Assembly: GCA_910587405.1 (NCBI GenBank)
Contig: CAJUKS010000003.1
Location: 125,268-189,267 of the forward strand
Length of the DNA: 64,000 bases
Direction: 5' to 3'
Source: an uncultured Alphaproteobacteria bacterium
GTDB taxonomy: Bacteria; Pseudomonadota; Alphaproteobacteria; RF32; CAG-239
Every line of letters starts with the position of its first letter. The first letter of the stretch is position 1. The notes under the pieces were generated by a model, which saw nothing but the letters and a program-made list of their open reading frames with translations, was not told the DNA's origin and made no database searches. Below are positions 21,099 to 30,925 of this stretch, piece by piece. Made by a program: the position numbers and the translations under genes.

Positions 21099-21794
21099 AT
21101 GCAAAAATTCGATTTGGTTGTTCCTGCGGGATCTTTCTGTGTGACCGGTTACCATTTGCGAAAAGCCGGTTTGCACGGCGAAACTTTGCCGTTTGACTGG
21201 TTGGAAAATGTGACGTTGGAACTGTTTGCCGGTTTTTTGGAAAACGGATTTGAGGACTTTTTGGTGCAAGATCGGCTGATGCCTGATTTCGAAGGAAAAA
21301 GCGGAAAAGGTCATTATCGTTTCCGGATGCCGAACGGAATAACTTTTGTTCACGATTTTGCTCACGATCGTCCGGCAGCGGATTTTGCGGCGGTGCAACG
21401 GAAATATGATCGCCGGATTAAACAGCTGTTTGACAGGATGGAAAAAGCCCGCAGCATCCTGTTCGTGCATTGCAGCCGCTTTGAAGCCGATCCGAACGAG
21501 CTCGGCCGCGTATGCGACCGTCTGCAAGCCTGCTGTCCCGACAAGTGCATAAAATTGTTGTACGTGCATCTGGTTAACGGCAAAAAAGGGTTTGATTATG
21601 TTGCTCAATCGCCGGAGGCGGATGTCGTTGAGATGGAATTTGGCACCAACAGCGATTCCAAGCAGTTTTGGATCGGCAAAGTTTCTGTCTTTAATCGGAT
21701 GTTGTCGAGCTACCGTCTTACTTTTGCGGCGCGTTGTTGTTTATGGCTGAATAAGCAAAAACGAAAGTTTGGTAAAAGTTACGACCGAATGTGA
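21099..21794 (+). CDS. DUF1796-like putative papain-like cysteine peptidase, paralogue B
   Basis: MQKFDLVVPAGSFC...LPFDW...FVHDF; colinear with paralogue A (~30% identity by eye). Confidence 0.5.
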   Translation: MQKFDLVVPAGSFCVTGYHLRKAGLHGETLPFDWLENVTLELFAGFLENGFEDFLVQDRLMPDFEGKSGKGHYRFRMPNGITFVHDFAHDRPAADFAAVQRKYDRRIKQLFDRMEKARSILFVHCSRFEADPNELGRVCDRLQACCPDKCIKLLYVHLVNGKKGFDYVAQSPEADVVEMEFGTNSDSKQFWIGKVSVFNRMLSSYRLTFAARCCLWLNKQKRKFGKSYDRM

Positions 21795-21986
21795 GCGTAT
21801 CATGCGGTAATGCCGACTTGGATAAAGACGGCGGAGCAGGGTAAGATAAAATTCGGATATGATCAGAAATTGAATTTTGAGGGGCAAGTCATTGCTTCCC
21901 TTTGTTTTGCCCGCAGCGACCCGTTGCGGCGTAAATAGTATCGGGACAAAATAAAAAGCCTTGAGTTGAATCAAGGCTTTTCAAAG

Positions 21987-22072
21987 TGGTAGGGGTGGCC
22001 GGACTCGAACCGGCACTCCTTGTGGGAACAAGATTTTGAGTCTAGCGCGTCTACCAGTTCCGCCACACCCCC
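21987..22072 (-). tRNA. tRNA-Leu (anticodon CAA)
   Basis: Reverse complement folds as cloverleaf: acceptor GGGGGTG/CACCCCT, anticodon loop CTCAAAA, long variable arm, TTCGAGT T-loop, terminal CCA; hairpin terminator just downstream (21950-21980). Confidence 0.85.
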
Positions 22073-22177
22073 GTGAAATCGAACAAATAAATAACCGATT
22101 ATTTTAAAACCGTCAATAGTTTTTTTACTAAAGTTTGTTATTTTTGCAATAACGACGATTTTAGCGGAGGACTGGTT

Positions 22178-23686
22178 TTGCAAAAAACGGAAGAAAAAGC
22201 GGTTGCTTATTATGAGAGCAGAAATTTTGCGGCAGCGCTGCGCTCTTTTTTGAAGCTGGAGGCCGAAGCGCCCAAACGTGAGGACATCCTGATTTACATT
22301 GCCAACTGTTATGACGGGTTGGGGCAAAAAGACGAAGCAGTCAAATATTATCGCAAGGCTCTGCGCGCAAATAAAAAGTCGGATATTGCGGCGGCCAATC
22401 TGGCAATCATTTTCTACGAAATGCACAACTATGCCGAAGCCAAAACTTATGCGGCCAAGGCCTTGAAGATCAACTCTGCCAACATGGCGGCGCTTTCGGT
22501 GCTGGGAAATCTGAAATATCGCAAAAAAGACTATAATGCCGCTTTAGGATATTATCACCGGGCCATGGACGTCCAACGTGATTTTTATACGGCGGTTTTG
22601 AATGCAGCTTCGGTTTATTATGAATGCCGGGATTTTAATACCGCCTATTTTTATGCCAAACGGACGGTACAGTCTTATCCGGATTCGGAAGAAGCGCAAT
22701 CATTGTTGGCCAACATATGTGTGGAGTTGGGGCGTTTTGACGAAGCTATTCTGGTTCTGGCGGCGTTGTACCAGAAGAACCCAAAGGACTTTTGGCTTTG
22801 CAATCTTTTGTCACAGGCTTTCCAGCAGAAAAAAGAATACGAACGGGCGCTCGAAATGGGATGGCGCGCGGTAACGCTTTCGAAAGGCGAAAACGAACAA
22901 CAGATAAATTTCGGCTATCTGCTGTATGAAGTGGCGGTCGAAAGTCCGGGAACGGATGTGTTGTCTTATGCCCGCAAATGGATGGAAAAATATCCCGATC
23001 ATCCGGTGGCGCGGCATATGGGAAATGCGATGATCAACGCCGGTCAGGTCAGTCAGATTAACAGCAGTTATATTCGTGATATTTTTGACGTGTTTGCCGA
23101 CGATTTCGAAGAAGTTCTGGAAGGCCTGGATTATGCGGTTCCAAGCTTAATGGAACAAGCGCTTGATGCTTTGTCCAAAAACGTCAAGCTGAAAAAAATG
23201 CGGATTCTCGATGCCGGATGCGGGACCGGGCTGTGCGGTGCATATCTCAAAAAATATGCCGCTTTTCGCGGGTTGGACGGGGTGGATATCTCGGAAAAAA
23301 TGTTGGAAGTTGCCAAACGCAAAAAATTATATACCCGTTTGTTTAATCAGGACCTGAATAAGTTTTTGTCTGCCCGCGAGAACAGTTACGATTTGATTAA
23401 TGCCGCCGATGTTTTTACTTATTTCGGCGAACTGGGCGGCCTGTTCGTTTTGTTGTTTGATGCTTTGAAACCGGGCGGGCGCGTCTTGTTCAGCGTCAGT
23501 GAAAACCCTTATAATCAGGACGATTATTTCCTGCATCTCTCGGGTCGTTTTCTGCATAGCCGCAAATATGTGGAAGAGGGACTGAAAAAACGCGGTTTTA
23601 TCATTGAGAAACTTAATCGTGTGCGTTTGCGCAATGAAGGCGAAACCGAGGTGTGGGGCTGGATCGTGATGGCCCGCAAGCCCTGA
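22178..23686 (+). CDS. TPR-repeat protein fused to class I SAM-dependent methyltransferase
   Basis: N-terminal ~260 aa of TPR repeats; C-terminal ILDAGCGTGLCG (motif I) and acidic motif II. Confidence 0.75.
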   Translation: MQKTEEKAVAYYESRNFAAALRSFLKLEAEAPKREDILIYIANCYDGLGQKDEAVKYYRKALRANKKSDIAAANLAIIFYEMHNYAEAKTYAAKALKINSANMAALSVLGNLKYRKKDYNAALGYYHRAMDVQRDFYTAVLNAASVYYECRDFNTAYFYAKRTVQSYPDSEEAQSLLANICVELGRFDEAILVLAALYQKNPKDFWLCNLLSQAFQQKKEYERALEMGWRAVTLSKGENEQQINFGYLLYEVAVESPGTDVLSYARKWMEKYPDHPVARHMGNAMINAGQVSQINSSYIRDIFDVFADDFEEVLEGLDYAVPSLMEQALDALSKNVKLKKMRILDAGCGTGLCGAYLKKYAAFRGLDGVDISEKMLEVAKRKKLYTRLFNQDLNKFLSARENSYDLINAADVFTYFGELGGLFVLLFDALKPGGRVLFSVSENPYNQDDYFLHLSGRFLHSRKYVEEGLKKRGFIIEKLNRVRLRNEGETEVWGWIVMARKP

Positions 23687-23722
23687 TTTGAGATCTTGGC
23701 AATTGCCGGATTCGGATAAAAT

Positions 23723-23750
23723 AAAACCTCTCTTTTAAAGAGAGGTTTTA
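23723..23750. terminator. Bidirectional hairpin terminator aaacctctctt/aagagaggttt
   Basis: Perfect 11-bp stem between convergent genes. Confidence 0.5.
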
Positions 23751-23776
23751 AACTTCTGAAGTGTCCTGAAACAAAC

Positions 23777-23995
23777 TTATTTTTTTACGGTTTTTTTCGG
23801 GGCTGCTTTTTTCGCGGAAGCAGATTTGCAGGAAGCTGATTTTCCGGCAGAAGACTTTGAACAGCAGGGTGCCGCGGCATTTAACTGTTCAATCGCCATC
23901 GACCAGAATTTTTCATCCTGCCCTTGAGGACAGCCGGCGTTTTGCCAGATGTAATAGGCTGCTTCTCTGATAGCATTTTCATTATAATTTACCAT
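23777..23995 (-). CDS. Small DUF2934-like protein with Lys/Ala/Ser-rich tail
   Basis: IREAAYYIWQNAGCPQGQDEKFWSMAIEQL matches the IRxRAYxxWxxxGxPxGxxxxxWxxAE signature. Confidence 0.5.
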   Translation of the reverse strand: MVNYNENAIREAAYYIWQNAGCPQGQDEKFWSMAIEQLNAAAPCCSKSSAGKSASCKSASAKKAAPKKTVKK

Positions 23996-24142
23996 AACTT
24001 ACTCCAAATAAAAAGTTCGGTTAAACATTATTCAATATACATACAAAATTTTATCCGTCAATAATTAATCTGCATAAAATCAATAATTAATCAGTGATCA
24101 GATATCTTAACCAAATAAAAATGTATTTGTGATGTTATTTAC

Positions 24143-24171
24143 TTGCAATTCTATAGATAAGAAATTATAGA
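24143..24171 (+). promoter_or_regulatory. Sigma70-like promoter TTGCAA-N17-TATAGA for glgB operon, within AT-rich region carrying 13-bp direct repeats
   Basis: Spacing and hexamers near consensus; 50 bp upstream of glgB. Confidence 0.3.
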
Positions 24172-24221
24172 TAAATTTAAAGAGCCGTGCTTTTTTAAGT
24201 TCAAAATTTAGAGGTTATTAT

Positions 24222-26420
24222 ATGGAAAATTTATTATCGGACGCCGAAATGAACGCCGTGATCGAAGGCAATCATGACAATGTTTTTGCCGTGCTCGGCA
24301 TTCACCGCGACAAAGGAAGCAAAAATGTGTTTATCCGCGCCTGGCAACCCCATGCCGGGTCGATTGAAGTGTTGGATCGGCAGGGAAATTCCTGCGGGAT
24401 GATGGATTGTCTTGATCAACGCGGTTTCTTTCAGATCAATCTCGGCGTCGGAGAAAATTTTTCTTATCGTTTCAAAATCGAAAATGACCGCGGCGAAGTT
24501 TATGAAGCGGAAGACACCTATCGTTTTCAGCCGACGCTGGGCGATATTGACATCTACTTGCTGGGCGAAGGAAACCACCTTGAGATGTATAAAAAGCTCG
24601 GCGCCCACGTTTGTGAACAGGACGGTGTAAAAGGCGTCAGCTTTGCCGTCTGGGCACCCAACGCCAAACGGGTTTCGGTGGTCGGAAACTTTAATAACTG
24701 GGACGGCCGCACCTGCGTGATGCGCAAATATCCGACCTGCGGGGTGTGGGACATTTTTATTCCCGGCCTCGGCGAAGGCGAAGTTTACAAATACGAAATC
24801 AAAACTCAGGAAAATTATATTTTGGTCAAGTCGGATCCGGTCGGCTTTTATGCCGAAAAAAGGCCGCAAAACGCTTCAATCGTTTATGACCTGAATCATT
24901 ATCACTGGAATGACGAAGAGTGGATGAGCCGTCCCGACCGTCACAGCCGTCTCAACGGACCGATGTCGATCTACGAGGTTCATGCCGGTTCGTGGCGCCG
25001 GAAAGGCGACGGCGGATCAGAATATCTCAGCTATCGCGAAATGGCCGATACGCTGGTTCCTTATGTTACCAACATGGGTTTTACGCACGTCGAATTTTTG
25101 CCGCTGGCCGAACATCCGCTGGATGCTTCGTGGGGCTATCAGGTCGTCGGTATGTTTGCGCCGACCAGCCGTTTCGGCACCCCCGACGATCTGCGTTATC
25201 TGATAGACAAGTTTCACCAGTCGGGGATTGCGGTGATCATGGACTGGGTTCCGGCCCACTTTCCGAAGGACGGCCACGGGTTGTGTGAATTTGACGGCAC
25301 CCACCTCTATGAGCACGCCGATCCGCGCAAAGGCGAACACAAAGACTGGGGAACCAAAATTTATAACTACGGCCGTACCGAAGTTTTTAACTATTTGTGC
25401 ACCAACGCCCTTTACTGGCTGAGGGAATATCACATTGACGGCCTGCGGGTGGACGCGGTGGCTTCGATGCTTTATCTCGATTATTCCCGCAATCCCGGCG
25501 AGTGGATTCCCAACATTTACGGCGGTAACGAAAATTTGGAAGCAATCGCCTTTCTGCGGCGAATGAACGAACTGGTTTATGGTTTGGACCGCGGCGCCTG
25601 TACCTGTGCCGAGGAGTCGACCGCATGGCCGATGGTTTCGCGCCCGACTTCGATGGGCGGTCTCGGGTTCGGTTATAAGTGGAATATGGGCTGGATGAAC
25701 GATACTCTGCGCTATATCGGCAAAGATCCGATCTATCGTCAATATCATCACGGCCTGCTTACGTTTGGTTTGCTCTATGCGTTTAACGAGAATTTTATCC
25801 TGCCGATTTCCCACGACGAAGTGGTTCACGGCAAGGGGTCGATGTTGTGTAAAATGCCGGGTGACGAGTGGCAGAAGTTTGCCAACCTGCGTGCCTATTA
25901 CGGCTTTATGTATACTCATCCCGGCAAGAAACTGCTGTTTATGGGGTGTGAGTTCGGTCAGGACTGGGAATGGAACTGCGACGAAAGTCTGCGCTGGCAT
26001 TTGTTGCAGTATCCGATGTATCAGGGAATACAAAATTGCGTGCGTGACCTCAACCTGATGTACAAGGGAAATGCGCCGCTGTATGAAGCCGATTTTGATT
26101 ATCGCGGTTTTGAATGGCTGGAACATGCCAATGCCGCCGACAGTGTTATCTCCTATATCCGCAAGGGCGAAACTCCGGGCGATTATTTGATTGTGATATG
26201 CAATTTTACGCCGGTGGTTCGTCCCGGCTATCGGATCGGGGTTCCCGAAGATTGCGGCTATCAGGAAATTTTTAACAGTGATGATAAAAACTATTGGGGC
26301 AGCGGGGTTAAAAACGACGGCGTCCGCGGTGCCGAACGGCAGGAGTGGAACGGCAAACCGTACTCGATACAGGTGACGCTGCCGGCGCTTTCGACGGTTG
26401 TTATCAAACCGGTGCGGTAA
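24222..26420 (+). CDS. glgB: 1,4-alpha-glucan branching enzyme
   Basis: 732 aa GH13; N-terminal CBM48, catalytic GLRVDAVASMLY region. Confidence 0.95.
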   Translation: MENLLSDAEMNAVIEGNHDNVFAVLGIHRDKGSKNVFIRAWQPHAGSIEVLDRQGNSCGMMDCLDQRGFFQINLGVGENFSYRFKIENDRGEVYEAEDTYRFQPTLGDIDIYLLGEGNHLEMYKKLGAHVCEQDGVKGVSFAVWAPNAKRVSVVGNFNNWDGRTCVMRKYPTCGVWDIFIPGLGEGEVYKYEIKTQENYILVKSDPVGFYAEKRPQNASIVYDLNHYHWNDEEWMSRPDRHSRLNGPMSIYEVHAGSWRRKGDGGSEYLSYREMADTLVPYVTNMGFTHVEFLPLAEHPLDASWGYQVVGMFAPTSRFGTPDDLRYLIDKFHQSGIAVIMDWVPAHFPKDGHGLCEFDGTHLYEHADPRKGEHKDWGTKIYNYGRTEVFNYLCTNALYWLREYHIDGLRVDAVASMLYLDYSRNPGEWIPNIYGGNENLEAIAFLRRMNELVYGLDRGACTCAEESTAWPMVSRPTSMGGLGFGYKWNMGWMNDTLRYIGKDPIYRQYHHGLLTFGLLYAFNENFILPISHDEVVHGKGSMLCKMPGDEWQKFANLRAYYGFMYTHPGKKLLFMGCEFGQDWEWNCDESLRWHLLQYPMYQGIQNCVRDLNLMYKGNAPLYEADFDYRGFEWLEHANAADSVISYIRKGETPGDYLIVICNFTPVVRPGYRIGVPEDCGYQEIFNSDDKNYWGSGVKNDGVRGAERQEWNGKPYSIQVTLPALSTVVIKPVR

Positions 26421-26446
26421 TATATTAAACGCCGGGAGAAACAAAA

Positions 26447-28522
26447 ATGAGCAATTTGAAAACGCAACCGGGAACTTCATATCCGCTGGGATCGGTTTTT
26501 GACGGAAAAGGGGTAAACTTTGCCCTTTTTTCCGCTCATGCTTCAAAAGTGGAATTGTGTTTGTTCAATAAAAGCGGAACCGAAGAGACCGACCGTATCG
26601 CCATTGAAAGCAATGATAACAATATTTGGCACGTGTATGTTGCCGGATTGAAACCGGGACAGATTTACGGTTACCGGGTATACGGACCTTACAAACCGGA
26701 AGAAGGGCATCGCTTCAATCCCAACAAACTGTTGTTTGATCCTTACGGAAAGAAGTTGAGCGGCAAGTTGATTTGGCATAAGGCGATTTTCGGTTACAAC
26801 CCCGACAGTCCGGACAAGGATTTGTCTTTTAACGAGTTGGACAGTGCGCCGTATGTACCCAAGTCGGTCGTGGTTGACGATCTTTACGATTGGGAAGGGG
26901 ACCGGCGACCCGGCTATGCTTTTAACGAAACAATTATTTATGAAGCGCATGTGCGCGGTTTTACCAAGCTGCATCCCGAAATTCCGGACCGTCGCCGCGG
27001 TACCTTTGCCGGCATGGGGTCGGAAGCGGTTGCCGGTTATCTTAAAGGGCTGGGCGTAACCGCGGTGGAATTGTTGCCGATCCATGCTTATTTCGGCAAC
27101 CGCCATCAAAAGGGTTTTCCCCGCAACAATTACTGGGGCTATGAGAGCAGCAGCTTTTTTGCGCCCGAACAGTCTTATTTGTCTTGCGACGATATCGACG
27201 AATTTAAAAATATGGTCAAGCTTTATCACCGGCACGGGTTGGAAGTGATACTTGACGTCGTTTACAATCATACCGGCGAGGGCAATCAGCTGGGACCGAC
27301 CCTTTGTTATCGCGGTATTGACAATGCCTCTTACTATACGCTCAATTCCGAAAACAAGCGATATTACTATGACAGTACCGGTTGCGGCGCTTCGATCAAT
27401 GCCGAAAACCCCTATGTGGTGCGTTTGATATTGGATTCGTTGCGTTATTGGACCGAAGTGATGCATGTTGACGGTTTTCGTTTTGATTTGACGACGGCAC
27501 TGTGCCGCAAGAAAACCAACTTCACCGCCGAATGCGGTTTTTTGTATGCCGTGCGCCAGGATCCGGTTTTAAAAGACGTAAAATTAATTGCCGAACCGTG
27601 GGATGTCGGTGCCGGGGGGTACCAGTTAGGGGCGTTTCCGCCCGGTTGGGGAGAATGGAACGACCGCTATCGTGACGTGGTGCGTCGTTTTTGGAAAGGC
27701 GATCAATATCAGACTGCCGAATTGGCGAGCCGCATTTCGGGTTCCAGTGATATTTTCAATTATCATAACCGCGATATCTGGAGCAGCGTCAATTTTGTAA
27801 CCGCCCACGACGGTTTCAGCTTAAACGATTTGGTCAGTTATAATCTCAAACACAACTCTGCCAACGGCGAGGACAATCGCGACGGCACCAACGCCAACTG
27901 GAGTTGGAACTCGGGGCAGGAGGGCGAGACCGATAATCAAACCGTGATCGAAAACCGCCGTTTGCGGATGAGGGCGATGATGGCAACGCTGCTGCTTTCG
28001 TTCGGTACTCCGATGATTTTTGCCGGTGACGAGTTTCTGCACCCGCAGTTGGGCAATAACAATCCGTATTGCCAGGATAATGTTTTGACCTGGTTGGCAT
28101 GGGAAGCGATTGATCAGCAGGGACGAGAGTTCACCCGCTTTGTCCGAAGCCTTGTCCGTTTGCGCCGCAAGCTGAAAATTTTTGATAAAAAGCATTTCTT
28201 CAGCGGCAAACACGGTCCGGACGGAATTAAGGATCTGACTTGGTATAACGAAACCGGCAAGGAATTTGTCGATGCGGACTGGTATGACGGCAGCCGCAAA
28301 TCGCTGTCTTATTGTATCCATCGCCGCGACCGCTTTATTTTGGGCATATTTAATGCCAACGACATCCGTCAGGCTTGGAAACTGCCGATGCTCGGCAAAG
28401 GCCTCAGTTGGAATTTGCTGCTGGACACTTCCGACAAATTTACCGCTCACAAAAACGTTCGTTCGGGAGCGGTGGTGGAAATTCCGGCATGGAGCGTATT
28501 ATTGTTTGAAATCAAAAAATAG
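26447..28522 (+). CDS. glgX: Glycogen debranching enzyme
   Basis: 691 aa GH13 isoamylase-type; N-terminal YPLGS...GVNFALFS. Confidence 0.9.
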   Translation: MSNLKTQPGTSYPLGSVFDGKGVNFALFSAHASKVELCLFNKSGTEETDRIAIESNDNNIWHVYVAGLKPGQIYGYRVYGPYKPEEGHRFNPNKLLFDPYGKKLSGKLIWHKAIFGYNPDSPDKDLSFNELDSAPYVPKSVVVDDLYDWEGDRRPGYAFNETIIYEAHVRGFTKLHPEIPDRRRGTFAGMGSEAVAGYLKGLGVTAVELLPIHAYFGNRHQKGFPRNNYWGYESSSFFAPEQSYLSCDDIDEFKNMVKLYHRHGLEVILDVVYNHTGEGNQLGPTLCYRGIDNASYYTLNSENKRYYYDSTGCGASINAENPYVVRLILDSLRYWTEVMHVDGFRFDLTTALCRKKTNFTAECGFLYAVRQDPVLKDVKLIAEPWDVGAGGYQLGAFPPGWGEWNDRYRDVVRRFWKGDQYQTAELASRISGSSDIFNYHNRDIWSSVNFVTAHDGFSLNDLVSYNLKHNSANGEDNRDGTNANWSWNSGQEGETDNQTVIENRRLRMRAMMATLLLSFGTPMIFAGDEFLHPQLGNNNPYCQDNVLTWLAWEAIDQQGREFTRFVRSLVRLRRKLKIFDKKHFFSGKHGPDGIKDLTWYNETGKEFVDADWYDGSRKSLSYCIHRRDRFILGIFNANDIRQAWKLPMLGKGLSWNLLLDTSDKFTAHKNVRSGAVVEIPAWSVLLFEIKK

Positions 28523-28533
28523 GGGAGAAGATT

Positions 28534-30681
28534 ATGGATGAAAAACTGCAACAGTTGGCGGACCGGCTCGGCATTGCGACCGCTTACACTGACGTCGGGT
28601 TAAAAACCGGCAGTCATCAGGTCAGCGAAGACACGGTGCGATTTTTTGCCGGGGTGCTGGGCTTTAAGGCCGCTGATGCCGGCGAAGTGACACGTTCGTT
28701 GCGGGCGTTGGACACTCGCCGTTGGCAAAATGTTTTGGAGCCGGTGTATGTGGTTTTGCAGAAGCACAAGGTTTTTGATGCGGTGGTTTCGGAAGCGGAA
28801 GCCGAGGGCGATTTCAGCCTGACGCTGACCAGCCGCCAGACCGGCGTTAAAAGCGATGTTTCCTTTGTTGTCCTCACGCTTCCCGAGAGTCGCGTTGTTG
28901 CCGGCAAAAAGTACCAAAAGTTGGAAATTGAAATTACTTCCGATGTTGAAATCGGTTACTATGATGCCGAGTTGACCACCGCCGGCGGTACCTTCGTCAC
29001 CTTGCTTGCGGTTGCGCCCGACAAATGTTACCGGCTGCCCGGCCTTGACGAAAAAAAGCTGTGGGGTTTCAGCGTTCAGTTGTATTCTTTGCGCAGCCGC
29101 CGTAATTGGGGAATCGGCGATTTTACCGATCTGTACGATTTTGTCGGTATGTGCGGCCGTTGCGGTGCCGATATCATCGGATTGAATCCCGTTAACGTCC
29201 TCGGGCATTGTTTTCCCGAAGAGGCCAGCCCGTACTCGTCGGTTAGCCGCCTGTTTCTGAATCCGATTTATATTGACGTCGAGAAAGTGCCGGAGTTTCG
29301 TCCTGAGGACCGTTACGCGGTTGAAGCGGAAATTGCCGAGCTCAATGCCTCGGAGACGATCGAGTACGGACGGGTCTATCCTCTCAAGATCAAAGTGCTG
29401 AAAATTTTATACCAACGCATGCTGCAAAATCCGGAAAGAATGCGCGAATTTGAAAAATTTTGCCGTTGCAAGGGCGAAAGTTTGGAAAATCTGGTTACTT
29501 TCCAAGCCTTGTACGAAGATAAATGGCAAACCCATTGGGGCGGTTGGCGCGCTTGGGAAAAAGAATTTCGCAAACCGACAACGGCCGCCGTAAAAAAATA
29601 TCGCAAAGAACAGGCCGAACGTCTCGACTTTTTCAAATTTTTGCAATTTGAAGCCGAGCGTCAACTATGCGCGGTTTCGGCCCATGTGAAGGATTCCGGA
29701 TTAAAGATCGGCATTTACCGCGACCTGCCGGTCGGTGTCGGCCGTGACAGTGCCGAGTTGTGGAGTGACGACGGGTTGTATTTGCGCGAGAGCGGTGCCG
29801 GAGCGCCGCCGGACATTTTCTTCCCCACCGGGCAAAAGTGGAATCTGGGCGCTTTTAATCCGTTTGAGTTAAAGGCCCGTGCTTATCAGCCGTTTATCAA
29901 AATTATCCGCGCGGCAGCAGAAGGCGCGGGCGCGTTGCGTTTGGACCATGTGATGAGTCTGATGCGCCTGTTTGTGATTCCCGAAGCCGCCGGGGCCGCC
30001 GGTACCTATATTATGTACAATTTCGAAGATATGCTGAACATCGTTGCGATCGAAAGTCACCTGAACCGTTGCATGATCGTCGGCGAAAGCATCGGTAATA
30101 TTCCGGAGGGCTTTCTGGACAAGATTGCGGCGCGCGGCATCATGTCGATGAGCGTTTTGTGGAGCGAGCGCTGGGACGCCGGCTGGGGGGATTTCAAGTC
30201 GCCGTATCAGTATCCCGAAAATGTGGTTACGTCAGTCGGCACCCATGACATGGCGCCGCTTAAGATGTGGTGGTTTGGTTATGACATTGCCCTCTCGCGT
30301 CAGCTGGGAATTATCGGCAGCGATCAGGAAATGGCTGATAATTATCATAAACGCGAAGCCGATCGTTGGAAACTGCTGAAAGCTTTGGATGAAAATCAGG
30401 TTTGGCCGGAAGACAACCGCCGTCACAGCGATTATCTGTTCGGCGAGGGGTATCCGGAAGGGTTGGAAGAAGCGGTTCATCGTTTTATGGCCCGCAGTTG
30501 TTCAAAAATCTTTTTGGTTCAGCCCGAGGACGTTTTTCAGGTTGACAAATTGCAAAACCTGCCGGGAACCGACCGCGACAAACATCCCAACTGGCGCCGC
30601 AAACTGCCGGTAAATCTCGAAGATATGGAAAATTCGTTGGCCTATTACCGTAATATTGCGGCAATCAAAAAAGAAAGATAA
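28534..30681 (+). CDS. malQ: 4-alpha-glucanotransferase (amylomaltase) with N-terminal extension
   Basis: 715 aa GH77; GDFTDLYDFV and LRLDHVM motifs. Confidence 0.9.
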   Translation: MDEKLQQLADRLGIATAYTDVGLKTGSHQVSEDTVRFFAGVLGFKAADAGEVTRSLRALDTRRWQNVLEPVYVVLQKHKVFDAVVSEAEAEGDFSLTLTSRQTGVKSDVSFVVLTLPESRVVAGKKYQKLEIEITSDVEIGYYDAELTTAGGTFVTLLAVAPDKCYRLPGLDEKKLWGFSVQLYSLRSRRNWGIGDFTDLYDFVGMCGRCGADIIGLNPVNVLGHCFPEEASPYSSVSRLFLNPIYIDVEKVPEFRPEDRYAVEAEIAELNASETIEYGRVYPLKIKVLKILYQRMLQNPERMREFEKFCRCKGESLENLVTFQALYEDKWQTHWGGWRAWEKEFRKPTTAAVKKYRKEQAERLDFFKFLQFEAERQLCAVSAHVKDSGLKIGIYRDLPVGVGRDSAELWSDDGLYLRESGAGAPPDIFFPTGQKWNLGAFNPFELKARAYQPFIKIIRAAAEGAGALRLDHVMSLMRLFVIPEAAGAAGTYIMYNFEDMLNIVAIESHLNRCMIVGESIGNIPEGFLDKIAARGIMSMSVLWSERWDAGWGDFKSPYQYPENVVTSVGTHDMAPLKMWWFGYDIALSRQLGIIGSDQEMADNYHKREADRWKLLKALDENQVWPEDNRRHSDYLFGEGYPEGLEEAVHRFMARSCSKIFLVQPEDVFQVDKLQNLPGTDRDKHPNWRRKLPVNLEDMENSLAYYRNIAAIKKER

Positions 30682-30709
30682 CTGTTAAAAAACGAATGGT
30701 TGCTTATAA

Positions 30710-30740
30710 AAAATTCCCCGATTTTCGGGGAATTTTTTTG
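30710..30740 (+). terminator. Rho-independent terminator aattccccg/cggggaatt + T7
   Basis: Perfect hairpin and T-run after malQ. Confidence 0.6.
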
Positions 30741-30756
30741 TATTTTTTAAAAAAGT

Positions 30757-30925
30757 GCATCAAAAAAAGGATCATTTTTTTGATACAGACAAATCGTACA
30801 ACAAAGGAGAATTAAATTCAAGAAGATTGTGAGATTATCAATAGGTTAGGAAAAAAACGAAAAAGCAGCAAAATGTATCAAAAAAATGATCGTTTAACGA
30901 TTGTAATTTAAAATTGAGGAATAAG
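30757..30925. promoter_or_regulatory. Conserved 5' cassette of autotransporter paralogue 2: palindrome ATCAAAAAAA-GGATCA-TTTTTTTGAT (30759-30784) plus proximal half-site TGTATCAAAAAAATGATCG (30874-30892)
   Basis: ~80 bp between the two elements is near-identical to locus 3. Confidence 0.55.

Noticed and set aside
21971-22426. 151-aa minus-strand ORF
   Set aside because: Overlaps tRNA-Leu(CAA) and its terminator; tRNA structure is unambiguous.
25017-26546. 509-aa minus-strand ORF
   Set aside because: Shadow frame across glgB/glgX.
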